Of a stretch of DNA of 64,000 bases, positions 46,930 through 56,171 are shown one piece after another; positions within the stretch are counted from its first letter, which is position 1, and each line of letters starts with the position of its first letter. Below the pieces are notes generated by a model that saw only the letters and a program-made list of their open reading frames with translations, made no database searches and was not told the origin of the DNA. A program made the translations under genes and the position numbers. Location of the stretch: IMG/VR virus record IMGVR_UViG_3300035704_000396, positions 6,651 through 70,650 of that record. One strand, 5' to 3'. This DNA comes from a virus.

Positions 46930-47607
46930 TCACTTGGTGGTGGGGTAGTCGGCCGCCCAGGCGCGCAACCGTGCCCGTGCGTTGGCCGCGATCCGGTCCA
47001 ACGTCTCGGCGTGCATCGGCACGCCGTGCAGGCGCACGGTCCAGCCACGGCGCACCCGGGCGGCGTAGATCCGCATCCGCCACGCCTCGTCGGCGGCCCG
47101 CAGCATGGTGCGTTGGGCGCTGGTGCGGCGCCGCCGCGTCGGGATCGGCCAGGGATAGCCGGCGTCCCGGATCATCGCCAGCTTGGCCGGGAACGCGCCG
47201 CGTCGGCGAGGCACGGGCACGGGTGCGGCCGGGTGTGGTCGCGGTGCCAGGATCTTCGGTTGCGGGGCGGCCACCGGCCGTGCAGGCAGCCGTGCAGGCG
47301 GTGGTGCCGGCGGTGGTGGTGGCTTGGTCGGGGCGTCGGGCCGCGGTGGCGCCGGCGTGGCCGACTCCTGGTGCGGCTGCGCCGATGTCGGCCCGACCGG
47401 TTCGCGCTCGGGCGGCCCAGCGGGCGCCGGGGCGGTGCACAGCTGGCGGCACGACCGGCACATGCCGTCGTCCACGTCGAGGTGACGTATGTCCAACAGC
47501 CGCCGGTCCTTCGCGCATACCTGGCACAGGCCCAGCTCGTCGGCCTGGTCGCCGGCGTGGAGTACCAGCTGCGTGCTGGCCGCCGGTGGGACGTCGTGGC
47601 CGGCCAT
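46930..47607 (-). CDS. zinc-ribbon and Pro-rich hypothetical protein
   Basis: CQVC...CRSC; TGATG coupling. Confidence 0.55.
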   Translation of the reverse strand: MAGHDVPPAASTQLVLHAGDQADELGLCQVCAKDRRLLDIRHLDVDDGMCRSCRQLCTAPAPAGPPEREPVGPTSAQPHQESATPAPPRPDAPTKPPPPPAPPPARLPARPVAAPQPKILAPRPHPAAPVPVPRRRGAFPAKLAMIRDAGYPWPIPTRRRRTSAQRTMLRAADEAWRMRIYAARVRRGWTVRLHGVPMHAETLDRIAANARARLRAWAADYPTTK

Positions 47608-48077
47608 CAGAGCGGCGGTCGCTGGTCGGCGGGCAGGCCGGCGATGACCGCCAGGTCCAGTGCGTCCTGGGCGTCGGTCAACCGCTGCTCGGCTTCCGCG
47701 ACGGTGACCGCCCTGCCGGCTTGGTTGACGCCGAAGGTCAGACCGCGCCGGACGCGGCGCACCTGGATGCTGGCCTGCCACGTCGCGTTGGTCAGCACCA
47801 GCAGCTCGATCTGCTCGGGGGTGCGCTGCTCACGCGGTGGGATCGGCGCGTAGTAGCCGGCCCGGCGCAGCAGGGACAGCTTGGCCCGGTGCGCGCCCAC
47901 CGCCCGGCGGTGGGGCTGGTCGCCGTCGCAGGCGTCCCACGGGCACGTCCCCGCGCCGATCGGCACGCCGGCGATGCGGTGCCATTCGCGGTGCTCGTCG
48001 GCCATCGTGGTCGGCGGCGCGGTCCGTTCGGCTTCCTGTTCGTCGTACGCTTCTTGGCTCACTGCAAGGGGGTACAT
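47607..48077 (-). CDS. hypothetical protein
   Basis: AAGGA RBS; H.EWH..AG and CPWDAC motifs. Confidence 0.65.
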   Translation of the reverse strand: MYPLAVSQEAYDEQEAERTAPPTTMADEHREWHRIAGVPIGAGTCPWDACDGDQPHRRAVGAHRAKLSLLRRAGYYAPIPPREQRTPEQIELLVLTNATWQASIQVRRVRRGLTFGVNQAGRAVTVAEAEQRLTDAQDALDLAVIAGLPADQRPPL

Positions 48078-48165
48078 CGCTTTTCCTTTGGTGGTGGGAA
48101 AATCCGGCGTCACCGCCGGGGTCGTGGGTGCCGGCGTGGCAGGCCCGCCGGCGGGTCGGTGCTGC

Positions 48166-48918
48166 TCAGTTGCCGTGCACCTGCAGGGCGTTGCGGGTCA
48201 CCTTGCGGATGTCGGTGCCGTGCAGCCGTAGCGCCTGCTCGACGGTGATGTCCTCGGCGGTGTCGTGGACGTAGAGGGCGGGCCCGTCCACCCCGGTCCA
48301 CGACTGGCCACCGCGGACCAGCACGTACTGGTAGAAGCCGCGGCGCCGGCGCATCTCCACCGGCGCCGCTGAGCTGGCCACCTGGGCGTCCAGGTTGACG
48401 ATCTGGCCGGCGTCCACCGCCTGCCACCAGGCCGCCAGGTCGAGGAAGTCCTGGCCGTCGCGGCCGGTGCGGTGCAGGTGCTCGGGCTTGTCGGTGCCGC
48501 GCAGCATGAAGCAGGCGTGCCGCATGTCGTCGGCCGCACCGTCGGCCTGCCATCCGAAGATCAGGACGGTGGTCCGGCCGTCGGACCGGTAGCCGTGGAT
48601 CGGGCCGGGCAGCGGTATGGGCAGGGCGCCGGCCAGCAGGTCGACCAGCCCGGCCGGCACCGGGGTGTCCGACTTGTCGAAGTCGATCGTCTCGCCGTGG
48701 CCGTCCGGACTGGCCCACGCACCGGTGGCGGCGAACGTGCGCGTGTCGGCCTCCAGCGGGTCGATGTAGAACGTGCCGTCTTCGGACACCAGTTGCAGCT
48801 GCCGGCCGTCGTCGGCCTGCAACCAGGCCACGTCCTCGTCGACTGCGTGCCGTGCGGTGGCCTGCGCCCACTGCCGGGCGGCCAGCGCGTACAGGGTCTC
48901 TGGCTGCGGATCGGTCAT
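48166..48918 (-). CDS. hypothetical protein, paralog of 48915-49682
   Basis: LY.LAARQW, VAW.QA..G.QL, DTPVPAGL, IHGYR.DG and WTGV.GPALY shared. Confidence 0.75.
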   Translation of the reverse strand: MTDPQPETLYALAARQWAQATARHAVDEDVAWLQADDGRQLQLVSEDGTFYIDPLEADTRTFAATGAWASPDGHGETIDFDKSDTPVPAGLVDLLAGALPIPLPGPIHGYRSDGRTTVLIFGWQADGAADDMRHACFMLRGTDKPEHLHRTGRDGQDFLDLAAWWQAVDAGQIVNLDAQVASSAAPVEMRRRRGFYQYVLVRGGQSWTGVDGPALYVHDTAEDITVEQALRLHGTDIRKVTRNALQVHGN

Positions 48919-49682
48919 GGCCGTGTCCTTCGAAGCTCGGGAGCGTGGAGCTGGCGGCGGATGTCGGCGCCCTGCCGCGCCAACGCCTGTTCGACGGTGA
49001 CGTCGGCCGCGCCCGCGTTGGCGTAGAGGGCGGGGCCCGCCACACCGGTCCAGGTCTCGGTGCCCCGGCACAGCACGAACTGGCCGCGACCGTTGAGGGT
49101 GTGCGCCTCCACCGGCTGGGTGGAGGCGACCAGCTGGGCGTCCAGGATGACGATCTGCCGGGCGTCGACCGCCGGCCACCAAGCGGCCATGTCCAGGTAG
49201 CGGACGCCGTCACGGATGCTGTAGAGGTGCTCGGGTCGGGCGGCGCCACGCAGCACGTAGGTGGTGCTGGACAGGCCCTGCCAGTTGCCCTCGGGTTCCC
49301 AGATGTAGATCAGCGCGGTGGTCACGCCGTCCTGGCGGTAGCCGTGGATCTGGTCGGGCCGCGGGACCGGCAGCGCGTTGGTGAGCATCTCGGTCAGGCC
49401 GGCCGGCACCGGGGTGTCGGTGCGTTCGCCGCCTACCGAGACACCTTCGGCGTGCTGGGTGGCCCAGCCGCCGTCGGTGTGCGTGCGGGTGGCGAAGTCG
49501 ACCGGGTCCACCCAGAACTCGGCGCCGCGCCGGTGGGGGGTCTTGCACAGCAGCAGTTGCTGGCCGCCGGGGGCCTGCATCCAGGCGACGCAGCCGGCGT
49601 GCACGCCGCCGCGTTCGGTGGCCCGCTGCCACTGGCGGGCGGCCAACTCGTAGAGGGGGCTGGTGGGTGTGGGTTGTGCCAT
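48915..49682 (-). CDS. hypothetical protein, paralog of 48166-48918
   Basis: GAAGGA RBS; full-length similarity to its neighbour. Confidence 0.75.
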   Translation of the reverse strand: MAQPTPTSPLYELAARQWQRATERGGVHAGCVAWMQAPGGQQLLLCKTPHRRGAEFWVDPVDFATRTHTDGGWATQHAEGVSVGGERTDTPVPAGLTEMLTNALPVPRPDQIHGYRQDGVTTALIYIWEPEGNWQGLSSTTYVLRGAARPEHLYSIRDGVRYLDMAAWWPAVDARQIVILDAQLVASTQPVEAHTLNGRGQFVLCRGTETWTGVAGPALYANAGAADVTVEQALARQGADIRRQLHAPELRRTRP

Positions 49683-49760
49683 GGTCGGTCCTTCGGTTTG
49701 GTGGTGGGGGTCGCGGGCCGGCGCCGGCCACCCGAGGTCATGTGGCCGGCGCCGGGGGTC

Positions 49761-50459
49761 TCAGCAGGCCGCCCGTCCGGGTCGGCCGGGGCCGATGGGA
49801 GTGGTGCCGAACTCGGCGCGCTGCACGAAGCGGGGTGCGCGGTCCAGCGGCAGCCAGAACGCGGCCTTGCCGACCGCGTACCAGCGGGTCTGGCCGTCGT
49901 CGCATTCGACGCCGACCAGGTCGCCGATGGCCAGGCTGCGGTTGCCCCGCGTCGCGTAGGCCAGGGCGCGGTCGTCGGTTTCGGAGCTGCCGCGCCGCCG
50001 GCCGATCTCGATCATGTCGAAGGCGTTGTGCAGCGGGTGGCCATCGCCTTCACGTGTCGCGTAGGTGAACACCTCGCACACCGTGTCGGTGGCCCGGTAG
50101 CCGTAGGTCGAGGCGTCGCGGTGGTTGTTGTTGTGGCACACGCGGATGCGGCGGGGATCCGGGATGCTCGGGTTGGTCAGCGCGGCGATGGCGGCGCGGA
50201 GCCCGCGTTCCACGGCGTCGACGCGGGTCTGGAAGCGGCGCGGCGCGGCGTCCACAACGATGCCCTCGGCGGTGGGCAGCGGCGCCGTCCCGCCTTCGCG
50301 CACCGTCTGCAGGTCGCGGCGCGCCGTCCACAACTGGCGGGCCTGGTCGAGCAGGTCCCGCTCGAACGTCAACAGCTGGTCGTCGTTGAGGATGGCGTAG
50401 CCGGCGTCGCGGACGATGCCGCGCAGGTCGTCGAAGGTCGGGTCGGGTGTGTCGGTCAT
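49761..50459 (-). CDS. hypothetical protein with C-terminal YodL-like motif
   Basis: RSLAIGDLVGV...WYAV; ATGA coupling. Confidence 0.6.
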   Translation of the reverse strand: MTDTPDPTFDDLRGIVRDAGYAILNDDQLLTFERDLLDQARQLWTARRDLQTVREGGTAPLPTAEGIVVDAAPRRFQTRVDAVERGLRAAIAALTNPSIPDPRRIRVCHNNNHRDASTYGYRATDTVCEVFTYATREGDGHPLHNAFDMIEIGRRRGSSETDDRALAYATRGNRSLAIGDLVGVECDDGQTRWYAVGKAAFWLPLDRAPRFVQRAEFGTTPIGPGRPGRAAC

Positions 50460-50866
50460 CGCGCCAACAGCTCCGCCCAGGTGGTGTCCTCGGCCATGCA
50501 GTCGCACAGGAACGTGTCGTGGGCGGGCCGGTCGGCGGCGGGGGTGGCGTAGAAGCTGTTGGCGTAGGTCGCGGCGAACCGGTGGGCCGCCAGTTCGTTG
50601 AACCGGTCGCGGCCCCACCGGTAGGCGGCCTCGTGCAGGTCGCTGTGCGCGGAGCGTTGCGCGTCGGACAGGTCGTTGAAGCAGGTGCCTTCCCGGCCGT
50701 GCTGGCAGACCGGCACCACCGCGTAGACGCGGAAGTTGCCGCCGCACACCGAGCGGATGGTCTGGCCGGCCCGGTAGTCGATGGTGGTGATCTCGACGGT
50801 GACCGTACCGGCCAGGGTGCCGGTCAGATGCTGTTTGGTGACCCGGAAGAACTGGGTGCTGTCCAT
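50456..50866 (-). CDS. hypothetical protein
   Basis: GAGG RBS; Cys residues. Confidence 0.65.
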   Translation of the reverse strand: MDSTQFFRVTKQHLTGTLAGTVTVEITTIDYRAGQTIRSVCGGNFRVYAVVPVCQHGREGTCFNDLSDAQRSAHSDLHEAAYRWGRDRFNELAAHRFAATYANSFYATPAADRPAHDTFLCDCMAEDTTWAELLAR

Positions 50867-50908
50867 CGGTGCCTCGCTTGGTGGTGGGGTGTGGTGGTGG
50901 GTGTTGGG

Positions 50909-51328
50909 CTACTGGTCGGCCGTCGGGTCGGCCGGCAGCGTCAGGTGCGGGTCGTGTGCGGGGCGGCCCTGTTCGATCCGGAACGCCAGGGTGTGGACCA
51001 GGACCGGGGCCTGGTGGTGCGGCTCGTCGTAGCAGCGCAGCCGCAGCTGGTCGCCGATGGCGACGGCGACGACGTGCGGGGCCAGTTGGGGGCGGGCCGC
51101 GATGACGGTGGCCTGGCAGACCAGGAACGCCCAGGGGCCGGGCACCTGCGGGCCGCCCGACTCCTGGCGGGCTTTGCCGTCCGGGCCGATCAGATGCACC
51201 GAGAAGTTGCGTTCGCCGCCCTGGAGCCGGCTGTAGAGCCGGATGTACTGGCCTTCGGGCGTGGCCCATTCGTCGGTGCCGGGGCGCCAGCTGGGGTGCC
51301 TGCTCAACGCGAGCTCGTGCGTGGCCAT
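50909..51328 (-). CDS. hypothetical protein
   Basis: GAGGA RBS; GPWAF motif. Confidence 0.65.
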   Translation of the reverse strand: MATHELALSRHPSWRPGTDEWATPEGQYIRLYSRLQGGERNFSVHLIGPDGKARQESGGPQVPGPWAFLVCQATVIAARPQLAPHVVAVAIGDQLRLRCYDEPHHQAPVLVHTLAFRIEQGRPAHDPHLTLPADPTADQ

Positions 51329-51359
51329 CGGGTTGTCCTCGCTTGGTGGTGGGTGGCGG

Positions 51360-51929
51360 TCAGGCGGCGTCGGCCTGGAGGTCGGCGGTCGGGCCGGTGT
51401 TGCCCAGGGCGGTCTGGTAGCCGGTCCAGGCGCCGCTGCCGGTGGAACGCATCGGGCGGCCCGCCTCCGGGTCGCACTTGGCGCGTACCGCCGTCTCCAC
51501 CTGGTGGCGGGTCATGGCCGGGTCGAGCAGGGCCAGGCGGAAACCCAGCAGGATCGAGGAGCGAAACGTGCCGGTGTCCTCGCCCGTGGGTTCGGCGGTG
51601 GTGTCCATGACCCGTTGCACCGTGGCCATGGCGGCGGCGAAGTCGGCGCGGGCCGCGTCGATGTCCTGGCCGAAGCCGTAGAGGCTCACGTCGATGCCCT
51701 TGCTGTAGCGGCCGCCGGACAGCCGGTTGGTGCCCACCGCCATCACGTGGTGGGTGGCGGCCACCGCGCCCAGCAGTAGCCGCTGCTCCTTGGCGTAGGG
51801 GGCCTGCACGGTGGCCGCCAGGGAGGTCAGGTCGGTGCGGGGCCGGTCGGGGTGCGCGGCCAGCGCGGCGTCCATCATCGCGTGCAGCTGGGCCTTGGCC
51901 CGGTCCAGCATGTCGGTCTCGGTACTCAC
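51360..51929 (-). CDS. protein resembling the C-terminal part of the DUF2786 protein
   Basis: APYAKE, LYG...DID and FRSSILLGF parallel APYAREK, LWG...DIE and YRASWLLGF at 44753-45586. Confidence 0.65.
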   Translation of the reverse strand: MSTETDMLDRAKAQLHAMMDAALAAHPDRPRTDLTSLAATVQAPYAKEQRLLLGAVAATHHVMAVGTNRLSGGRYSKGIDVSLYGFGQDIDAARADFAAAMATVQRVMDTTAEPTGEDTGTFRSSILLGFRLALLDPAMTRHQVETAVRAKCDPEAGRPMRSTGSGAWTGYQTALGNTGPTADLQADAA

Positions 51930-51975
51930 GTCTGTCTCCTGTGGAGTGTGGTGGTGGGGTGGAACAGATACCATA

Positions 51976-52000
51976 ATCCTATCATGATCACACGCAGATA
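51976..52000 (-). promoter_or_regulatory. conserved promoter/operator (copy 2)
   Basis: ATCCTATCATGAT-cacacgca-GATA on the + strand. Confidence 0.7.
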
Positions 52001-52061
52001 GACGGCGCTGATTCTACGAGGTTGCGCGGCTGGATGTGATGTGCACCAACAAAAGCGCTGG

Positions 52062-52889
52062 CTACAGCGTCTTCCACGCCCCGCCGTCGAGGTACTGGAT
52101 CTCGCCTGCGCCGCAGTCGGGCTGGGACAGGTCGTCCAGGGGTCCGAACTCGGCCTCGCCGGGGGCGTCGTCGGCCATCAGGAGCCGGCCGGAATGCACC
52201 AGCCGCCCAGCCAACGGCACGTCCACCTCGTCGTAGAGGGTCCGCCAGCGGGTGCCCTGCCCGGCTTCCAGGCGCCGCAGCAGCGGCCCGGCCGCCCGCC
52301 GTGGCCCGGTCAGGCCGGCCCGGCTGCCCGGCTGGCCGGGCGGCGTGGTGTGGTCGGTGTCGCAGACCCAGGCGTAACGCGCCGACGCCCGACAGGAGGA
52401 CTGCAGGTGCGCGACCAGCGCCCACTTCAGGCGTAGCGCGCCGACGCCGGCCCGGCCGGCCGGCACCTGGTCGCCCAGCTCGACCACCAGGGCGACGGTG
52501 ACCGGCTGGCGGCACCGCGGGCATAGCAGCACCGCCTGGCCCTGCTCGGCGTCGACCGCGTGGCCGTTGCCGGCGGCCAGTTCGGCCGTGCGCACCAGTT
52601 CGGCGGCGTCGTCCACCGGCCGCAGCAGCAGGCCGAACGTGACCGGCGTGGTGGGCCATTCGGCCAGCCGCAGTGGGCTGCCCAGCTTGTCGGCGGTGAT
52701 CCGACGCTTGCCGCGCCGCATGTCACGCAACTCGGTGACCGTGCACCAGCCCTGCTGGAAGATCCGGTCGCCGACGATCAGGTCGCCGTAGGTGGCCTGC
52801 CACAGGGTCTGGGTGACGGCGCCGTTGTCGCCGACTTCGAGTTCGCCGGGCATCAGCATGATGGGTTGCTCCGTTGCGTTGGCGGTCAT
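52062..52889 (-). CDS. hypothetical protein
   Basis: ATG 52889; CPRC and H..SC motifs. Confidence 0.6.
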   Translation of the reverse strand: MTANATEQPIMLMPGELEVGDNGAVTQTLWQATYGDLIVGDRIFQQGWCTVTELRDMRRGKRRITADKLGSPLRLAEWPTTPVTFGLLLRPVDDAAELVRTAELAAGNGHAVDAEQGQAVLLCPRCRQPVTVALVVELGDQVPAGRAGVGALRLKWALVAHLQSSCRASARYAWVCDTDHTTPPGQPGSRAGLTGPRRAAGPLLRRLEAGQGTRWRTLYDEVDVPLAGRLVHSGRLLMADDAPGEAEFGPLDDLSQPDCGAGEIQYLDGGAWKTL

Positions 52890-53050
52890 GACCAGCCGCC
52901 GGGCTGGTCGCAGACGTCGGGGTTGTCGAAGCGGTGGCACACGCAGTCGGCGGTGCAGCGGTGTTCGCCGTCCGGGCAGCGGTGGCCGACCTGGTCGGTG
53001 TGGCAGCCGGGCACGACACACCGCCCGGCCGACTGGTCAGTGGGTGGCAT
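52886..53050 (-). CDS. 54-aa Cys/His-rich peptide (not in the ORF track)
   Basis: MPPTDQSAGRCVVPGCHTDQVGHRCPDGEHRCTADCVCHRFDNPDVCDQPGGWS; fills the gap and is ATGA-coupled to 52889. Confidence 0.5.
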   Translation of the reverse strand: MPPTDQSAGRCVVPGCHTDQVGHRCPDGEHRCTADCVCHRFDNPDVCDQPGGWS

Positions 53051-53453
53051 GGAACGTCGAACCCTTGAACGGGCCGGGCGCCCCGTCGTGCACCAGGTAG
53101 GCGTAGTGGTACTCGGTGACGGTGGCCGGCTGGTTGGGGTAGGTGTCCTGGACGCGGGAGGCGCCCAACAGCCGGTCGACGACGTGCTTGTGGACGTGGA
53201 CGGCGTCGACGCTCACCTGGACGTAGTAGGGGCCGATGTTGGCGGTGTAGCCGGGTGTGGGCACGTTCGGGTCCGGGTTCCAGTCGGCGCCGTTGCCGTT
53301 GGTCAGGCGCACCGGGTAGCTGCCCGGTGCGATCCGGAACAGGTTGTAGTTGCTGGCGGTCTCCATGTGGCGGGTGTGCTCGGCCGGTTCGGGCACCACC
53401 AGCACGTAGCGGGTGGCGGCGAAGTGGACGACACGCTCCTCGAGGGTGTCCAT
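53037..53453 (-). CDS. hypothetical protein
   Basis: GGGAG RBS; protein-like. Confidence 0.7.
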   Translation of the reverse strand: MDTLEERVVHFAATRYVLVVPEPAEHTRHMETASNYNLFRIAPGSYPVRLTNGNGADWNPDPNVPTPGYTANIGPYYVQVSVDAVHVHKHVVDRLLGASRVQDTYPNQPATVTEYHYAYLVHDGAPGPFKGSTFHATH

Positions 53454-53481
53454 GGCGGGTTCTCCCTGGGTGGTGGTGGGG

Positions 53482-54123
53482 TTAGGACCGGCCGCCGCGG
53501 TGGGCGGCGACGAGCAGGCCGTCAGCGGCGACGGTGAACCGGGCGGTGTAGCCGATCTCGCCGTAGCCTTCGTCTTCGCGGGTCAGGTTCACCGTGTACA
53601 GGCGGCGGCAGCGGCAGCAGGCGGCCAGGCGGGGAACGTCGGCCAGGGCCGGCAGTCGCACCGCCCGGTCGCAGCAGGGCAGTTCGGCGAGCACGAACCG
53701 GCCGGTGCGACCGTGGGCGTCGGCTTCGGTCCACCGGTCGGCGCTGTCGCCGACCAGCAGGTCGTCCAGGTCGCCGACGGTGACGGCGGCGGCGATGTGG
53801 CGGTAGCGGCGTGGCTGCGGATCCTGGTGGGCCAGCCGGTGGGTGGCGGCGTCGTCGGTGTCGATGACCACGTCGGTCCGCACCAACACGTGACTGTCGA
53901 GCGACACGGTGCGCACCACCCGGTCGAACAGGGAGGTGCGCAGCTGGAAGTGGACGCGGTCGCTGGTTTCCTGCACGTGCTGGACCACGGCCCATTCGCC
54001 CAGGTACGAGGCGAGCATGCCGACCTTCAGGTCGGTGGCCGGAAGGTGGTCGGACTGGGACGGGCCGCCGTCCGGCCCGGCCTGTTGCAGGCCGGGCACG
54101 GCGTCGGCCGGCAGGGTGATCAC
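53482..54123 (-). CDS. hypothetical protein with zinc-ribbon-like Cys pairs
   Basis: PCCD and CCRC; GTGA coupling. Confidence 0.65.
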   Translation of the reverse strand: MITLPADAVPGLQQAGPDGGPSQSDHLPATDLKVGMLASYLGEWAVVQHVQETSDRVHFQLRTSLFDRVVRTVSLDSHVLVRTDVVIDTDDAATHRLAHQDPQPRRYRHIAAAVTVGDLDDLLVGDSADRWTEADAHGRTGRFVLAELPCCDRAVRLPALADVPRLAACCRCRRLYTVNLTREDEGYGEIGYTARFTVAADGLLVAAHRGGRS

Positions 54124-55112
54124 GAGTCACCCCGTGCTTCCAGCCAGGCGATGACGTCGCCCCAGCGTTCACGCACCGCCACCAGGTCGGACCGCTCGGC
54201 CTCCATCGCGTTGGTGGACGCCGCCCACTGGGCCTCGTCCCGGTACTGGGCGACCGCGTCACGGATCAGCCCGTCCAGCACAGTCGGGTCCAGCGCGTCC
54301 AGCTCCCACGACTCGCCGCCGTAGCGGGCGATGTAGCCGGTGGCCCGCGAATCGGTCAGCTTCGCCGGGTTGGGCGGCGGCTGGAACTGTTGGATCTGCG
54401 CCATGTTCAGCGCGATCCGCACCACCTTGGTGGAGGCGCCGAACAGGGTCAACCGGTCGGTGACGTCGCGGGTCATGTCCACACCGGACGGGTCGTGGTC
54501 GCCGAGGTGGATCACCACTACTTTCTGCCCGCGCCGCTCATAGCCGATGTGCCGACGTGCCGCAGCCCACAGCTCGGACTGGCTGGTGTAGCCACGGCAG
54601 GAGAACCACGGCACGTCCAGCGCTTCAGCGGTCCGGCCGATCACGCCGGTCAGGGCGTCCTTCTCCACCCAGACCTCCACCCGGTAGGGCTGGTGGGCCC
54701 ACCGGTCGGTGCGGTACTGGGTGGCGACCGCGTCGATGATCGATTCGGGGTCACGCCAGTGCGCCAGGTCGCGCAGGTTGCGGGTCCGGTCGACCAGGTG
54801 GTCCCAGTCCATGACGCCGGCTAGCCGCGCGTCGTTGACCAACGAGCCCAGCCACTTGTAGTTGGGGTCGGCGTTCTTCGTCGACGCCGGGTTGGTGTGC
54901 TCAGGATCGGCGATCCACTTGCGGCTGTTCTCGTTCCACCAGAACCAGCGTGCCTCCGGGAAAATGTCCCTAGAAATGAACTGGTAGTAGAGCTGCCGCA
55001 GCGTCAGGTCGAAGCCCTGGGCGGCGTAGTCCTGGCAGACCGCGTCAGCCAGGTCGATGACCGCGCGGCTGCCTGCCGAGAACCGTCTTTCGACGTAGGT
55101 GATGCGTGGCAC
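54120..55112 (-). CDS. TopoVI-A/Spo11-like (wHTH + Toprim) protein
   Basis: LTLRQLYYQ, EVWVEKDAL, CRGY.S, GDHDPSG (DxD) and WELDAL motifs. Confidence 0.85.
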   Translation of the reverse strand: MPRITYVERRFSAGSRAVIDLADAVCQDYAAQGFDLTLRQLYYQFISRDIFPEARWFWWNENSRKWIADPEHTNPASTKNADPNYKWLGSLVNDARLAGVMDWDHLVDRTRNLRDLAHWRDPESIIDAVATQYRTDRWAHQPYRVEVWVEKDALTGVIGRTAEALDVPWFSCRGYTSQSELWAAARRHIGYERRGQKVVVIHLGDHDPSGVDMTRDVTDRLTLFGASTKVVRIALNMAQIQQFQPPPNPAKLTDSRATGYIARYGGESWELDALDPTVLDGLIRDAVAQYRDEAQWAASTNAMEAERSDLVAVRERWGDVIAWLEARGDS

Positions 55113-55480
55113 TAGCCCGCCTTCCTGTCCTGGCCGGCCCGGGTGATGCGGCGGGCGCGGCGGGGCTGGGGGACGGCGGTGCGGTCGGTGCGGCGCGTGT
55201 GCAGCGGCCCGAACACGCCGTTCTCGTCGGGGGCGAACCCGAGGTGCTCGGCGGTCACCGTGACCAGGGAGGTGCCGGGCATGCCGAACCGGTCGCGGAT
55301 GAGGGCGGCCAGGCCGGTCAGGGTGGCGCCGGGGCCGGCCAGGGTGCTGGCGACCAACGCGACCACGTCGGTGGCCCGCTGCGGGTCCAGGGCAGGCCGG
55401 TGCGCGTCGACCAGAAGGTCGGCGACCTCGGCGTGCAGGTCGCGGTCATCGGTGGGCCGCAGCCCACTCACGGTGATCAT
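55112..55480 (-). CDS. hypothetical protein
   Basis: AGGAG RBS; downstream of promoter copy 3. Confidence 0.65.
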   Translation of the reverse strand: MITVSGLRPTDDRDLHAEVADLLVDAHRPALDPQRATDVVALVASTLAGPGATLTGLAALIRDRFGMPGTSLVTVTAEHLGFAPDENGVFGPLHTRRTDRTAVPQPRRARRITRAGQDRKAG

Positions 55481-55523
55481 GGGTTGGCTCCTGGTAGTTG
55501 TCAGGTGGTGGTGAACTACCGAC

Positions 55524-55548
55524 ATCCTATCATGATCTGTCCGCGATA
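55524..55548 (-). promoter_or_regulatory. conserved promoter/operator (copy 3)
   Basis: ATCCTATCATGAT-ctgtccgc-GATA on the + strand. Confidence 0.7.
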
Positions 55549-55735
55549 AGCAGGAGATAACACGTCGATCGGGCCGTGTTTGCCGACACCAGGACACAGG
55601 TCCGGGCCCGATCGTCAGGCCGCTGTACCGGGCCCGGCAGGGCAGTTGTCACCGCGCGGTGGGCACCGCGTGCGCGGTCGGCGGGGCCGCCGCACGCTGC
55701 GAGGTCGGCGCAGCGGCGGTGTGGCCGGCCGGCGG

Positions 55736-56044
55736 TCAGTCGCGTTTGCGGATCGCCGACTCGGGCAGCAACATGGTCAACTCGGCGGTGTGCTCGCCCT
55801 CGCCGCCCACCCGCACCTGCACGGTCACCAAGCCGCACCAGTCGCCGGCCATGGTCTGCCACCACTCGAACAGCAGGCCGGGCAGCGGATCCCGCAGGTC
55901 CAGGCCGGCCTTGCGAAGCCAGATCGGGGTGTCTTTGCCCCAACGGGTGCGGGTCGGCCCCCACAGCCGGGCCGGGTCGACCCACACCGGCCGGGGCGAG
56001 TCCAGCACCCGCCACGGTTGAAATCGGTCGGCCTCGTCGAACAC
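55736..56044 (-). CDS. hypothetical protein
   Basis: RPVWVD, PGLL.EW and GDWCGLV motifs; start uncertain. Confidence 0.6.
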   Translation of the reverse strand: MFDEADRFQPWRVLDSPRPVWVDPARLWGPTRTRWGKDTPIWLRKAGLDLRDPLPGLLFEWWQTMAGDWCGLVTVQVRVGGEGEHTAELTMLLPESAIRKRD

Positions 56045-56171
56045 CCGAACTACCCTAGAGTCCGGCGCGGCCCGCGCGGGGCAACGCACAGCCGGCGCCC
56101 CCCGGTCCCCACCGGTGCGCGGGCCGACCGCCGCTACCAGCCACGATCGGGGCACATGTCACCATGTCGGC

